A stretch of DNA of 64,000 nucleotides from Octopus vulgaris (taxonomy: Eukaryota). A program made the translations under genes and the position numbers. Below the pieces are notes generated by a model that searched no databases, had not been told where the DNA came from, and saw only the letters and a list, made by a program, of their open reading frames with translations. The DNA is taken from the NCBI GenBank assembly GCA_951406725.2, contig OX597821.1, forward strand, positions 55,552,001-55,616,000. Direction: 5' to 3'. Numbering within the stretch: position 1 is the first letter of the stretch; every line of letters starts with the position of its first letter. This document shows positions 1 through 15,138 of the stretch, in pieces.

Positions 1-2310
1 TAAAGGAAAATGAATATCAAATAAAAACTTATTTATACGTGTAACAAGGGGAAATTAATATAGATAGACAAAGCGAAAATATTGCTCCAGTATTAAGAAC
101 TGTGGAATGATGAAACCAACGAGAACCCGAAGTCTATGCTGTCATTTAGTCTGCTAGAAACTGCAACAAAGATAATTTATTTTCATTCAATGGAAGAGAA
201 CACAGTCACACTATCTAGCACATTGATAAGAAGATCAAAGTTTGATCATCATTCGTTACAGGTCAGTTCTATCAGTGCTAAACAGCATAAAAAATAACAA
301 AGTCAGTTATTATACTGGAGTATCTAGTTTCTTATACTTTATTCAAGAAACCTCTTTTTCTAATTTTCTAACTACAGATCACATTACGTGCCATACATTT
401 ATAATACGCTTCGTGATTGCTTGGTATGAATAATGTTCCCCTAAATATTATATTATAAAGTAGAGCAAGTATTTATGCATTGCAATTATGAAAGTCTTAT
501 GTCAATAAATAGGTTTTTTCATTAAATGCATTATCTTTGACGCCAAAAGAGCAGACGCCAGATTACAATTATATATTGAATATCTCGTGCTGAATCCTTA
601 AATTAGATAATATATATTATTCTGCAAATAGAAAATCAATTGTTTTGACACCTTATATTCTGAACGGAATGAGAGAAACGCTCAAAGCATATATATATAT
701 ATATATATACATAAAAACAGTCTATTTTTACAGGATGCGTCTTTTATTATAAGATTCTTGGATGTCGATTAAAGGGAGTCGAGCATTAGGTTTTATTCCC
801 TACTGTCTGAAATTCATTATAATTTTTACATAGTTACCTATGTAAAATTTGTAAGCGTATGTGCAATGATATTTGAAATTCTGCCTAATTCCTCTTAGTA
901 TCTGCATCTCATATGAAAACGTGTGTAGAGTGAAGAACTAAAAATACATTGGTTTGTTTCTATTTGATGCTACATTATACTTTGACGAAATAATAACGTG
1001 GTCAAATATAAAGGAAAAACAAAAACGAGTGATGAGGAAGAATAAGAAAATAGTTAAGTAAGATAGGAGTATACACAATTTACAAATTTCTTTCCATAAC
1101 TTATACTGTTCTTCATTCCATAAAAAAACTTAACATCCCTGATTTTCTGCTCAGCAAAATGTTCGATATTTTATGACTATTTCTCCAACAATCCAAATTC
1201 AATCATGCCTGTTTCCAGTCTGTTGCTCCAAAAATATTTGGAATAAAACTAAATTTATGCTTTGCATACTGAAATTAGAATCTTGACATGAGTAGGCAAT
1301 AGATATCATTTTTCTCTTTATATCATTATTGACATGCATGCAGGCAGCTGGATTGTATATCCATATCTTGTTTTTCCAGATGACACTGTCAGGTATATCG
1401 TATGTTCTTTTTACTTAGATTTGTTCGTATGAGAACATATATGCATGCAAGTTTCCTTTTACTTAAAAACAAAATAAAACGAAGCCAATTTTGATAAGAC
1501 GTGACAAGAATGGCGAATACATTTTATATGGTGATGAATATTGCCGGTTAAAATACGAGACATATATGAATTAAGTAGATTAGCAAAATATCAGAGAACA
1601 TAACGAAAGGAAAGAAGACGAGAGTTGAGGAATGAGAAGATAAACAGAGACATATTCAAAACCAAAAGAAAAGTAAAAAAAAAGTCAGAGAGAAGAATAC
1701 GTAAGTTAGAATGCAATAATGCATAGATATAAAAAATATGAAACGAGAAATTTGAAATGAGATAAACGATGAATGAAGCAAGTAGAAAAAGAAATATGTT
1801 TCCAGTAATAAAACATAAATGAAAAAATTTGCATGTTCCATAGAAAAGTATAAAAAAATTAGTACAAAACAATTATTCAAGATTATTAAAAAAATCGAAA
1901 GGAATAGAAATAAAATTAAGTTTTCGTATCTAAATATCTTGGACGATATAAATTTGTAAGAAATGGAAACTAAAAGATAAAGCAATGAATTATATTCTCT
2001 TCTAAGATATACAACTGCAATTATAATTCTTATTTCCAATGACTGTGAGCCGCGTCGATAGATCACTTCCACACACCCACCCGAATTGTCTTTTCACTTT
2101 GACTGCGTTTTCAATCTTCCCGTTGCAGTTTGTTCAAATCTCAGTATGTGTGCTCTTCTTTAATTCTAACGGATTAAATCTAAAGAGAAATGAATATTAT
2201 GTGAGTTATCAAGAGTGAAGTTATATAAAATGTTTTGTGAGACCCTTCATGTATATATGTATGTATGCAAACACACGCGTAAATTCTTTTCTTTTCTTTT
2301 TATTCTTTTA

Positions 2311-2510
2311 TTCTTTTACTTGTTTCAGTTATTTGACTGTGGCCATGCTGGAGCACCGCCTTTAGTCGAGCAAATCGACCCCAGGACTTCTTTGTAAGCC
2401 TAGTACTTATTCTATCGGTCTCTTAGGCGGAATCGCTAAATTACGGAGACGTGAACACACCAGCATCGGTTGTCAGGCGATTTTGAGGGGACAAGCACAG
2501 ACACACAATA

Positions 2511-2567
<57 letters not shown>

Positions 2568-2750
2568 CATACTTACATACATATATAAGATGGGCTTCTT
2601 TCAGTTTCCGTCTACCAAATCCACCCACAAGGCTTTGGTCGGCCCGAAGCTATAGTAGAAGGCACTTGCCGAAAGTGCCACGCAGTGGGACTGAACCCGG
2701 GACCATGTGATTCGTAAGCAAGCTGCTTACCACACAGCCACTCCTACGCC
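2311..2750 (-). mobile_element. tRNA-derived SINE family A (octopus-type, internal CA/TA microsatellite), near full length
   Basis: Minus-strand head GGCGTAGGAGTGGCTGTGTGGTAAG (A box) and GGTTCAGTCCC (B box); near-identical copies at 26790-27325, 46513-46862, 47966-48313. Confidence 0.9.
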
Positions 2751-3597
2751 TATACATAATATTTGTGCGCATTTATATATGTATGAGTCTTTGTGCGTGC
2801 ATGTGTCTATGTATATGTGTGTGTGTGTATGTGTTGGAAAATGCAACGTCATTTCATATAGTTTCTGCTGTTCTATTACTGATATTAATACTGTCGTCAT
2901 TATATTTGGTTCTAATTGCTGATAGTTTTTTTCCCTGATAATACAATTGGAGTATGAAGTATCCTCTTCCCATTTTTGCTGAACTTATTGCAAATACTTG
3001 TATTATTTTCGATACAATAGGAATAAAACAGACCTCCCTATCTCTTCGAATCTCACTCTTCCCTCTGGTTCATCACCATATCCACTGTACATATCGCAGT
3101 ACAAAATCACCATATCCACTGTAGACCTCCTTTACTTTGGTCATTCATCTCTGTAACCTCTGTTGTAGCGCTTCATATCAGCAAGTATTTCTACGTCTAA
3201 CACGCAAATTTGATAAAACTATCTACCTTTCAGCTCCATCTTACCCTCTTTTCTTAAAATCGGTAGCTTCTTGTCAAAGTGCAACATTGTGTGATTAGAA
3301 GTTTAATATTGTGTACTTATGTTTATGACACGTTCCTGGAAACTTGGACGTGGAAATGGTGTGTGTTGCAGAATTATGTCTCGGGGAAAAACATCTTACA
3401 ATATCTTGCTCCTAATGACGCATGTGGACAGTTGTACACCGTAGTTCATCTTAATTTCAAATTTGCTGTGATATACACCGCTAGGTTCCTTTGCTAAGAG
3501 ATGTCCATTGCTAAGTTCTCCTGTGCTTGAACGTTTCATAAAATTATACACACACACATTTATACTCATGCCTGCACACACATGTACATGCATACAA

Positions 3598-3661
3598 AAC
3601 ATACATACATACACACATACATACATACATACATACATACATACATACATACATACATACA

Positions 3662-3693
<32 letters not shown>

Positions 3694-3705
3694 CATACAC
3701 ACATA
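3598..3705. repeat. (TACA)n microsatellite
   Basis: Direct observation. Confidence 0.95.
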
Positions 3706-6700
3706 CTCACGATTGATCATTTTCGTCTCGAAATCTGAAATTGAAAAACCTCGAAACTTCGGAGAATCTCCAAATACCGTCAAGGAAATGATAATATTCT
3801 TTATTAACTGAACATAAACTTTAAAATGTTGGAGTTGGAATTAAAATTAAAAGGTTAAAAATGTTTTTAGTTTCATTCCAATGAAGATGTATACTTCCTA
3901 TTCGTCCCAAGACATCCTATGTATAAGGACTGACAACACTTCGAACGCTGTCAAAGGACCATCAGACACTGATGCTTCGGCTTAATTTACGCCTTCCTAG
4001 AAAGAAGTTTTTGTATGGAATTTCCTATATCTGTTCCCTATAAAATATATTATGTCGTAAATGGTGTGAATTACTCGCATGTTAAAAAGATGCAGCCTGT
4101 CTTTCAAAGTTTAAACTATTTGATTAAATTCCTCACGTGTTTTCCAACGACATATTGTTGCTGTGCTGAAGCTAGCCAAAGAAATACGATCTCATTAAAT
4201 GGTGGGAATTTTTGACTATACACGCATTTCAACTTTCGTTGTGACAGTCAAATAGAGAATAATGATCTTTCAGCTAAAAAGTAATCAGTGTGATGGTTTT
4301 AGTGAGAACTAGTTTCACCCACATAATATTGAGACTCTGTGCTCCAAAGAGAAAAGTAACTGAGAATCTATGCCTATGAAACTCTAGAAATCAGAAGTTC
4401 TTTTGTTCTCGACAACTAGAAATCTCACCTCCCAACACTCATGCCGTCTATAAAGTTTGGCCAAGAAACCTTCATTTTCTAAGTGGACAACATTAAATCA
4501 ATCTTCCTCAAACTCCATATGTACAATTAGATTTCATCTGAATTAAAAGCACAAATGCATATTGGAATTAGTTGGGAGTAGGTAGAAGATAATGGCCCAT
4601 TAGATTTTAAAACATTACGAATGTGCCTCCTTAAAGGCATATTTAGATTCTTATTTCAAATTCAACTCAAAATTTTAAAGTTTCCTTTTCTACTTTATGT
4701 TATAATCACATTTCCATTAATTAAGAATATTATTTCTAGACCCGCATTTTCTGTTATAAGATAATATGGTTAAACTAAGTGACACGTTGTCGAAGGACTA
4801 AAGTAATATACATTCATCAAAAAACAAGGGCCCGCTGCAGTGTAGTACGGAAGATTTCCATGACGAACATGCCCATTAATTAGAGAGATTGTATTTGAAA
4901 AACCATTGTTAAAAATGTCATCGTTTGGTAGTACTTAACACTACATATGTCTTTGTATTATAAGCAGTGATAATTAGTATTATGCAAAACATTCTTAATT
5001 TCAATCTGAATTTCATCTTCCCGTAATGTTTAGAATTAATTTTATTCAACTAGTTATAATAGTAAACAAAGGACATCTTCTGTTTGAAATATTATATTTC
5101 ACACACACAGACGCATGCATACACATGCAGACACATACACACGTATATACCAACAAGAACACTATCAGAAATAACAGGTAGAATATTGGAATATAAAGAT
5201 TCTTAATAATGAAAGTATAACAATTTGTAGAGAACTAAATAGTATCTCAGTTGTCATTATTCCTGTGAGAAACAGCAAGTAAATCTCTTAGGAAATATAT
5301 GTAAGCTGTTGTAAAAAGAGTACTGCATCTTCAATCTCTTATAGATAGTTATCTTGGTTAATATTGCAACGAACCATTTCCATTACAGTTGTATTAGATC
5401 AAAGTTGGCTAGGGTGTAAACAACGTATTGAGTTTAAGTTATTTGAAATTAAAAATCCTTGACAATGGAATATAATTCAGCTGATACCAAGATATGTGCT
5501 ACCAATTAAGTATGTTTTAATTTAAGTGCAACGAACTGTGATTGAGTTGTTTCATGTTGGTCTCAATTCTTATTCAAATTATTTCCGTTTCTATCACACG
5601 TCTTAAGTATCAAATAACAAAAGCAATTAAAATCTGTGCATCTCTGTTACCAGATCAATGTATAATAGATTATTCCAGAACATTTCAATGGAAATTTATT
5701 CCAAATTTGATTTCCACTTAAAGTCAGTCCGATACCTCTACCAGGTGATATTGGAACTGTTACTCTCAGGTAACAATGACGTGATACATGTGAAAATGGG
5801 TGAGATGCTTCTGCAGTATACATACACAATGTTAATTTATGACTGTGTAACATCCATAGTGTGGCGTGAATATCACATTTGGGTATGAGTAAATATTGAA
5901 TAGGTTGAGTAGGTTGTCGTTATTTTCTTTAAAACACTCTCTATGAATTACCCAACAGCTTTCTTTACTGTGAATTCACTTCTAAAATAAATTATTTTTG
6001 TTGAAATATTACAAGTGAATAATATCAATTAATGCATCCACAATTTCAATTAAATTGATTAACATGTTTGTTTGTTATTTATTTAGTCTCTTGTTGATTC
6101 TTATATTTCAAAACTCTAGATACATGTGATAACATTTTTTGGAGCTTGAGGTAATTCGATGAAAATAACCATTTATAATTTGTGTATAGCTTCATTGCTT
6201 GTAAAAAAAAAATGTATAAAATAACCATTCGTTCTGTAAAACGATTTTAAAAAATGAAGGAAAACAATTATTCTAAAATATGAGTTATATCATGTCCAGT
6301 AAAGAGAAATTTCGATATTTTCAATTTTCACTAGTAAAATTTAAATGTTCCATTTATATTATTATTAAATATTATTGCTATCGTTATCCGAAACTACATG
6401 CTATTAGTAACGGAATTTGATATAATGATAACACCGTATTCTACGAGATAATTTTAAGATTATATTAACAGTAGCATCCTATAAAAATCGCTGTTTGTGA
6501 GAAAGAATAACACTATTAGTTCTTTATTAAGATATCCCTAGAGTACAGTCCTCAAATGATAATAACAGGAAAAACAAACCATTACAGTGGAGAAACACAA
6601 AAAATGAAGAAAACAAAACCGAACAAAGATATGAGGAAAATTAGATCAAAATCAAGCAGAAAAGAAATATTTTTCCTTGGTCATATGTTCCTTCACCGTA

Positions 6701-7212
6701 TTTTATTTCTGTAATTCCTGATTATACATATACTGCTGTATTTTCATATTTTCTTTACTGGAAAATTACTCCGAAGTGAGATCACATTTTAAACCTATCA
6801 ACACAAGCTAAAGTTGATATTCTATTAGCAGGCTTGCGGAGAGATGATTGATATTAATGAAATATTTTCCACCGTTTACATATAGTTTCTCATGAGTTAG
6901 TTTCAATGCAATCTGTCTAGCAGAATGAAGAACAAAGGTTATCAGTTCGTCTCAGACGCAGAAAAAATAACTCACTGATGTAATTATTTACGCTATTTGA
7001 AAAATACGTTCGCTTCCAAATCTATAATATTTATTCAATTCAAAACCAAATTTATTTCATTGGATATTGAAAAAGATTAATCTGAAAAAATGTGCACTCT
7101 GAGGAATCGGTCGCCAATGTGAGACACTAGTACCTTCTATTCTGCTTTATATATTTATATGTATGTGCACGTGGTTGTGTGCACGTGGTTGTGTGCATGC
7201 GTATATGTATAA

Positions 7213-7362
7213 ACGCAGGCGTGGCTGTGTAGTAAGAAGCGTGTTTCCCAACCATACGATTCAGAGTTCAGTCCCACCGCGTGGCATTCGGGCAAGTGTC
7301 TTCTGCTGTAGCCTCGGGCCGACGAAACCCTTGTGAGTGGATTTAGAAGACGGAGACACAAC
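7213..7362 (+). mobile_element. SINE family A, 5' portion
   Basis: ACGCAGGCGTGGCTGTGTAGTAAG...GAGTTCAGTCCCACCGCGTGGCA matches the family A head. Confidence 0.85.
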
Positions 7363-7560
7363 TGGGGGGAGGGGTTAAATATTGCTAGGGAAGATAATGT
7401 TTCACTCATTTATTTTGCAATAAAGGGGAGGTAAGTCTGTAAGTTTTATCTTTTTGTCTTTATTTGTGTTCTCTGCTTTATAAACCAGAATTGAATATGA
7501 AACCATATTAAAAATAGAGGACATACCCTATCTAATGGAAGATGCTAGTCATAATTTGTT

Positions 7561-7629
7561 GTGTATTGTGCTGAGGAAAGAAAAAAGCCTATTTCTGTGG
7601 ACTTAATCCGAAAATTGGACCCAATTCAC
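7561..7629 (+). ncRNA. Degenerate minimal type-I hammerhead ribozyme motif (Penelope-like)
   Basis: GTGTATTGTG-CTGAGGA(7571)...CC-GAAA(7610)-ATTGG-AC-CCAATTCAC; layout and flanks resemble the motif at 18018-18082; cleavage triplet and stem II decayed. Confidence 0.5.
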
Positions 7630-7733
7630 AATTGATGTGAAGTGCTTTTATTATTTTTTTTCACTCGCCCGATTTCAGCCATGTGTATATTTAACCTGGA
7701 GGTTTTGTTAGTATATACATATACATACAAAAG

Positions 7734-7776
<43 letters not shown>

Positions 7777-8129
7777 TGTGTGTGTGAGTGAGTGTGTATG
7801 TGTGCGTGCGTGTAAAAAAATGTGATTAAAAAATAATGGCAGATATCAATTAAGCACTCAATATAAAGGGATAATGTTAATTTTCCAACAAGTATATAAC
7901 AGTAAATGTATGTACAATACAAGTCCCAGGTACATCCTCATGCATGGCAGGTAACTCCAACAATCCTTATGCATAATTTTAGGAAATTCAGAGTATTAAC
8001 AACAATCAATAATATGTACAAAAAAAATCATATCTTTATTTTAGATGACACCTTATAAATCCTACATTAACATATATATAAATGTATACATAATCACACA
8101 CACTCGTACACACACATACACACGCACAC

Positions 8130-8194
<65 letters not shown>

Positions 8195-8759
8195 AATATA
8201 TATATATATATATATATATACAATATTATAAAATTTATTTATAATATAAAATTTATTTATAATATTACGAAAATTTATGTCAACACATTATCAAGGTAAT
8301 CCATATAGGTCAAATTTTAAATGCACATTTAGCTGTTAAAAAGCTAACAAGAAGAAACACCAAACCAAATTTAACTTTAGACATTCTTTCATTCAACCAA
8401 TTTAGTTTATAAAAGCGAAATACCGTATTAATTCCATATTATTTGACAATTTGAAATTTATATACACCCAGAACCACGCTAATAGCTTACGAGCGAAATT
8501 TAGAATTTCGTGATTTGATTTTCTGTGAATCGAATTTGATAAGACCTTTCCCAGCTGGTTTGCGTACTATGGCAACACCATTGTTACGTTTCCATTCTTC
8601 TGTGTAACGTCCTTTCTGTTTTATCAGATTATTCAGTTTTTGTGTGAACTACGCCAATTTGCTTTTTGAATGAAGATAGCCCATCTAGACATTTTTGTTT
8701 TTAGGAAATCAAGGGTAATGATACCTATTAAGCATACATTGGGTATATATATTCCACTG

Positions 8760-9285
8760 AAAAAGCATAATAATAACATAACATTTATTGACATAATGAA
8801 TTATTTATCCACATAAGCTCCATTGCTATGTATAACTTCAAAAACCCTATTAATCACGGGATCTATCAATTTCTTAACAGTAGCAGGTTGGGCTGCCTCT
8901 GCTGCAGATTTGATGGTCGCCCATAAGACATCTTTCGGTGTAAATAGGCGTCCATCGCCATCATAATGGACCAACATTTTCGATAGGATTGAGATCCGGT
9001 GATGCTTTGTATACTCTAAGACCCTAGTAATGTTTCGATGTTCCTACCAGAGTGGGAGGGGGCGTTGTCATGCATGAATATGAGATTCCTTAGATGTGAT
9101 AGTGGCACGTCATCTAGCCAGGGATCAAAGACCTCCTTCAGGAGATTGCAGTAGGCAGCTGAGGTCACTTTAACCTTCAGGCGCCCTGTCTGGGCCAAAA
9201 TGTCTGTCCCCAATGATACCAGCTCACGACATGACTCTCCCATCTTGTTGCATTATTTTCAGACAGTGAACGTGTTAGGGTCTGG
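8760..9285 (-). mobile_element. Tc1-family transposase 3' half (decayed)
   Basis: IFMHDNAPSHS in ORF 9016..9243 and SPDLNPIEN near 8975-9003 (DD34E motifs). Confidence 0.85.
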
Positions 9286-9901
9286 AGGCTTCCCAATCAA
9301 GAATTTGATTTGAAACAACTCTTACCAACTGTGAAACATGGCGGTATCTCTGTAATGGTATGGGGAGCTGTCACCAGCAATGGTTGTTCTGAGCTGATCG
9401 AAAGTGTTGGAACCATAAACTCTGAAACATACATCGAAATAATTAAGCAAGGACTACTTCTGATGCATTCACATGATAACAACGAAAATGTGTTTTCATT
9501 CCTGGAAGATGGGGCTCCATGCCACACAGCGAACAGGAATCAACAATTACGGGATCAAAAAGCCTCCTTGGCCGAGCCAATCTCCTGACATGAACCCAAT
9601 TGAAAATCTTTGGAGCATATTAGATAGAGCTATACGAAAACCTCGACAGAAACCTAAATCTAAAGATGAATTGTTTCGATTGTTGCGTGAAAATTGGGCC
9701 GAAATTCCACAAGAGACAATCACAAAGCTCATCAGTTCAATGCCAAAAAGAGTTTCTGAATTAAAAACTGCAAAAGGAATGTCAACTAAATACTAAAGTA
9801 TGTAGTCCTTTCTATCGATTACATCTCAATTGTTCGCTCTGTGTATTAAATAAAAGATTTTGAAAATTAAAGGTGTCTCTTTACTTTCTGCATGTCTATG
9901 T
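9286..9901 (+). mobile_element. Tc1-family transposase 3' half plus probable right end (a different family)
   Basis: PTVKHGGISVMVWG, FLEDGAPCHTA, WPSQSPDMNPIENLW, ending KGMSTKY* at 9796; frameshifted. Confidence 0.9.
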
Positions 9902-12900
9902 ATATATATCGTTACGTACATCTATTATTTTATATTTTACTTTTACATTTATGGTGTGTGTTCACACATTATCCTCCTAAGTTTTTTCTGTTGTTAATAA
10001 TCTTATTCTTTTTATGTTTTGTTTCTTGGTTCGTACCAACTTTCGGACACACCACACCACCATCAACACTCGGTAATCTTTGATAAATAACTTTCGTTAC
10101 AACAGAGTTTATGTCTTTTAACGTTAAACTAGCCTCTTTCTCTACACATACCCGTATATATCCTATAGTATTTTTTCTTGTCCCAACTCTCCTAGTTTCT
10201 TTTCCTCTTTCTCTCCCGTCTTGCTTTATTTCTTCGTTCTTCTATTTTTCTGCCTTTTTACTTCTCTTTTCTCTCTATTATTGCTATTATTCTTTTTTTC
10301 TTCTTTTTTATTTGAGGTATTATATACTATTTATATACTTGTTTTCTTATTTAGTTCCTCATATACAGGTTTTATTTTCATCTTTTATTATAATATCAAG
10401 TTATAAATACCTTATTTTACAATCCTATAATTCCTTTTAATTATTTGTAATTCTTCTTTCTGGATATATTCTGTTCATTTTTACTCACTCTTTCACAAAG
10501 ATGTTTTTCCAAATGAATTATTATTAATTATTGTGCATTCCACTGTTAAAGTTAACTACCTAACGCAGCCAAGCCACACCGTTATTCTTTACAAACGACT
10601 CACCCAATCTAATGCAATTGCTTATTCGTTGAACGGCAATGCCTACATTGTATTATATTATATGATATGTGTAGATATGCGATAGCATACACAAAGGTTT
10701 TTGACACTATGACACAGGTGTTTATATTGAATACTTGAAAATAGAACTAGTGTTCTGATTCAATGATTTTAGATAGCTTTATTTGTCTAAAATAAATGCA
10801 CATGTTAAACCTTGTTCTCGTAATAGTATAGTTGGCAATTTCCAGTTAAGTTTTATACTGCTAATTACATAGGAACACGAGCAACAAATTGCCTCATTTT
10901 CTGTTACTTAAAATATAGTTCAAGCAGCTAAATATATCAAGGTGATTCTTTATAATTTATGGTAAACTGTAAATATAGAATATATAACATGTTATTATCA
11001 ATAGTCTTTGATTGGTAGATACCATAAGAAAAAATATATTTAAATCAAAATTTAGAAAGGTCAAAATTATAAGACATAATGAATTTGTATGAAGAATTAT
11101 GTATTTATAGCATCAAGTAACATGAATTAACTTAGGATTCAATACAAATAAAATTCTTTATTTCTTGCATATTTCATATGAAATAGTATGAAAAACTTGT
11201 AAACATCAAGTTTCAATGCCTTTTTCTATTTAATTTATTCAGTTATCTTTCAAAATATTCTATTCAAAGAATTTATCAAATGTATATTTTTATGCCTTTT
11301 GCAGTATATCATCACTTATAGAATTTCCCTACATAGAGAGTATTGTATTAATTATTCATGATAAAATCCAGTTCACATAAACGGACTCACTACGACTGGA
11401 TACAACATGTCATAAAATAAACGAAAAACCTGTTATAAATAAAATCATACGTTTACACAGAGGCGTTTCAGACCAGAAGTAATTTATTTGATTTTCAGAC
11501 ATTACAGTTAAACGATATTTCAATGTTGAATGTAAGATAGTCTAAGAAAACAACTTTGTATATTACCGCGATAAGTTTATATCAATGCAAAAATAACTCT
11601 ACACTTGTAGAGTACTAACTCTGCATAAGTACATATATAAATCTGCATCGATACAACAATAACGCTATTTTAATACAAAAATAACTTTACAGCAATAAGT
11701 CTACACAACAGCAGAAACAAAAAGGTAGTCAATGTCGATACATTTAAGATATTTAATATGTTAAATAGAACTGAATAGCTTTTATGGGGAAATGTCTGGG
11801 TTACGTTGCGTGCTTAATACGATAATCTGCTTTTATATCATGTATGTTATTTTGGTCAGTACTTTTAAATAAATTATTATATTTAAAATCATACGTTTCG
11901 TCTAAAACCAAATTCTCTGCAGTCACTCTTATGTTCATGAATAACATCTGTCACACATTAATAAATATTATTTAGAATTCAACATTATTGGAGGATCTGC
12001 ACATGTCATATCTACCGCTCCTCTTTCGATATATATAACTAAATTTTGGCAATCCTTGTTTAGATTTAATAGCAGCCTTGTCACGTGAGGATGATTCATA
12101 AACACCATGGTATAGGGTGCTTGAATTTAAAGTTATTTGACACTTAAATATTTATAATAACTTTATGCGATAGAGAATTTTAGGATGATACGAAAATGAA
12201 AATAAACGCATATAACTAAGTTAAAATATATTTTCTGATTACCAAATATTTACTCCTACACTTCGCATTTGATACTGGTTCAATGATGTAATATAGCGTT
12301 AAGTATATACAGCTATTTCTATAACTGATAGCTTTTAGTTGTAATTTATTCTTTACGTGTGTTACTGTTTCCTACGTTTCGGATATGCTGCTGTTCTACA
12401 CTTAGGTATCCGGCTCCTCTTAGATAATACTTCTGTCTCTACTCCTCTCGTTACACATATTCTGTCCATATTCAATTCACCCGACATCGCACTAACCAAT
12501 ACAACGGGTTCATTTTCTATGGGACTTCGATATTCCAGATTTTCATCCTTCTTTATGTTTTTCCATATCACAGCCAACTGAGGAACTGCATCGATTTCAC
12601 CGATATCGAACAACTTGTGAAATCTGTGGATATAGCCCCTTACTTCAGACCAAATAAAATGGTTCAAGTTACGTAATAAAAAGACGTAAATTTCTGTTAT
12701 AATAGTCTAAGTAAAATATATTGACATATGCAGATTTATAAAGTATTCATTAAATTTGATATACTCTACTAAATATCTAGCATTATATAGCAATGACGAA
12801 ATACATAAATACATAAAACTGAAACTAGAAATATTTGGACAATAACATAATGTACAAAACAATTATTTCCATTTATTATACAAAATTATTCTGACACATC

Positions 12901-15138
12901 TAATTAAACAAATTAGTAAACGCATGCTTTTCTATTATTAACGATACTTTATCCATTCTGGCAATGATATCAATGTTCTACCTCCTAAATCAAAGCGTTT
13001 GAATGCTAAAATTTATTACGTTATTAAAATATATCGTGATGTAGGAAAAACATTACATTTCATTAATTTCATTACTTTATCGGTTAGAGTACCATCATTT
13101 TTATGAATGTTTCATTTTTGTTTTAGAAACTATTCTCATTTCATTTTCATTTTATTATTCTCATTGCTGACAACTTTGAAAATTTTTTATGATTACAACC
13201 ACCAATAAAACAGTAATAGGAAATGTAAATATAGTACACAGTTGAGTTATTATTTGAATAGTACATTGAAAGGAGTTGTACTGTGCATACTGCTAATGTT
13301 TTCTCTTCCAATTGTGTTTAGATTTGTACTGCAAACATATTCAGTTACAGGGAACTCATAAGTAAAATAATAAACACGAACATAATACATTGAAAACATC
13401 ATATAGAAATGCTCCAAATATCGATAAATAGCACAGGGTCGGAGACAAAAAAATATTGAATCATTATGTGGCACAAATTAATGAATCAGATGAATTATGG
13501 AGCTAACATCGAAAGTAGGCAAATACTGCTGATCAGGAACAAATTTAATATTGGTAGTTTTGTGAGTATAACTTGAATTAATATCAGTGTAAATATATTG
13601 TAACTCTTAATGATAATTGTGTATGAAGCCAAATATAACATCGTATCACCACGGACTTTTTCACGTCAAAAAGTGGCTTGTGTTAAAGAACAAACCATAT
13701 TTTTTTTATAACTTATGAAGTGGTAGTGACGGTGAACCCAAAATCCGCAGGTTCTCTGAACCTGATCTGGTAGATCCAATTTTTATTTAGCATGAAAATA
13801 AGGAAGCCATTAACTAAAAAAAACATGAGGTTGACGTTCTAAGGAGAAATTAATAAGTTAAGTGGGCAGTGCGCTACAAGGGGGAAACCTGAATGTGGGA
13901 AAAACAAACATGTCGTGGCCGACATATTGTATGCATGCTTCAGCGCAACTATATTTGTTGTGTACTTTCTGATATGACATGAGCCGTAATTTGTAGATAT
14001 AACGTTTTCGAAAATATTATGAACCTCTGTGTTTCATGCTAGCAATAATTTTACAATACGTTCGAAATTAATATTTAATGCTTTATTGGCTTCAGAAGAT
14101 TCCTTATTTCTGTATTTATGTTGCACTAAGCCACCGATTCTTAAACTCACAGGAATTACCATAACTCGACCCAAAACTGCATTTAACAAATGTAATTTTA
14201 TTAACAGAGCGAGGGGAACTGCTGTCTCATCCCTGTCATATGACATAATGTAAATCATCATTATTCAAGAAAGAAAATGAGATAAGTTAACACAATATGG
14301 GTTCTGTGGTCCACAGCATCTTTGGGTTTTGTTTATGATAACAGCAGGAATGCAAGGAGCTAAAGGGAAAACGGGGACCAGAAGTAGAGATGTGTGCCTA
14401 ATGCTCATCCATTTAATTTTTTTCTCAAAACGCTTTATTTGGTGAAACAAGAGAGGACGGCTTAGTTAGTTTAGCGTAACGTAGCTTAGTTTACATCGAT
14501 ATGTAATTGTTACTGCGCTGAATGAGACCCATACATCTCCTATGCAAGTGAAGTTCACTCATTGTTAGATTATCATATCTTGTGGAGTTACGCTACTGTT
14601 CTAATAATCATATTTATATATTCATCATAAAGACATATAAATAGAACTGAGAGCTTTTTACGTAGTTTAAGACAAAAAAAATCATCTTACCTAATTTATA
14701 AATTGATATTTGTGGAATATGTATCGATACAGTAATTTTCATTAGATATCTATTATAAAATACGATACCTTGTTTTTAAAAAAATATTATTTAACTGGAA
14801 TAATTTCTACTATTTTAGAGCTATTAGCTCTTAATTCATTATTCGATCAAAAAGGAAAGGAAAATTGATAATTATAAAAAACTACGTGCAACTACTTGCA
14901 TTCAGAATGCTCACTTTAAATGTCTGTTCTGTTTGGTGATTCACACCTTTAAAACATAGTGCATTCTCTTTACTTTGGTATTTGATGATGTTTTTTAAAA
15001 TAAGTATTTTTTTTAAATTCTAAATATCAATCCATTACATACATTATGATGTACTGTATTTCAAAATAAAAAAAAATCTTATCTTCAATGGGAAGAATTA
15101 ATACGTATGCATTGTATAGATACGTAATTCTTATTGTT

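Noticed and set aside
5654-5888. 76-aa ORF with AG/GT-like borders
   Set aside because: No recognisable domain, no partner exons, and length expected by chance.
10030-10075. Minus-strand TTGATGG..CC-GAAA-GTTGG-TA
   Set aside because: Too many core mismatches to distinguish from chance.
13839-14465. NUMT explanation for the TGA-only frame
   Set aside because: Translation with the invertebrate mitochondrial code resembles no mitochondrial protein I recognise.
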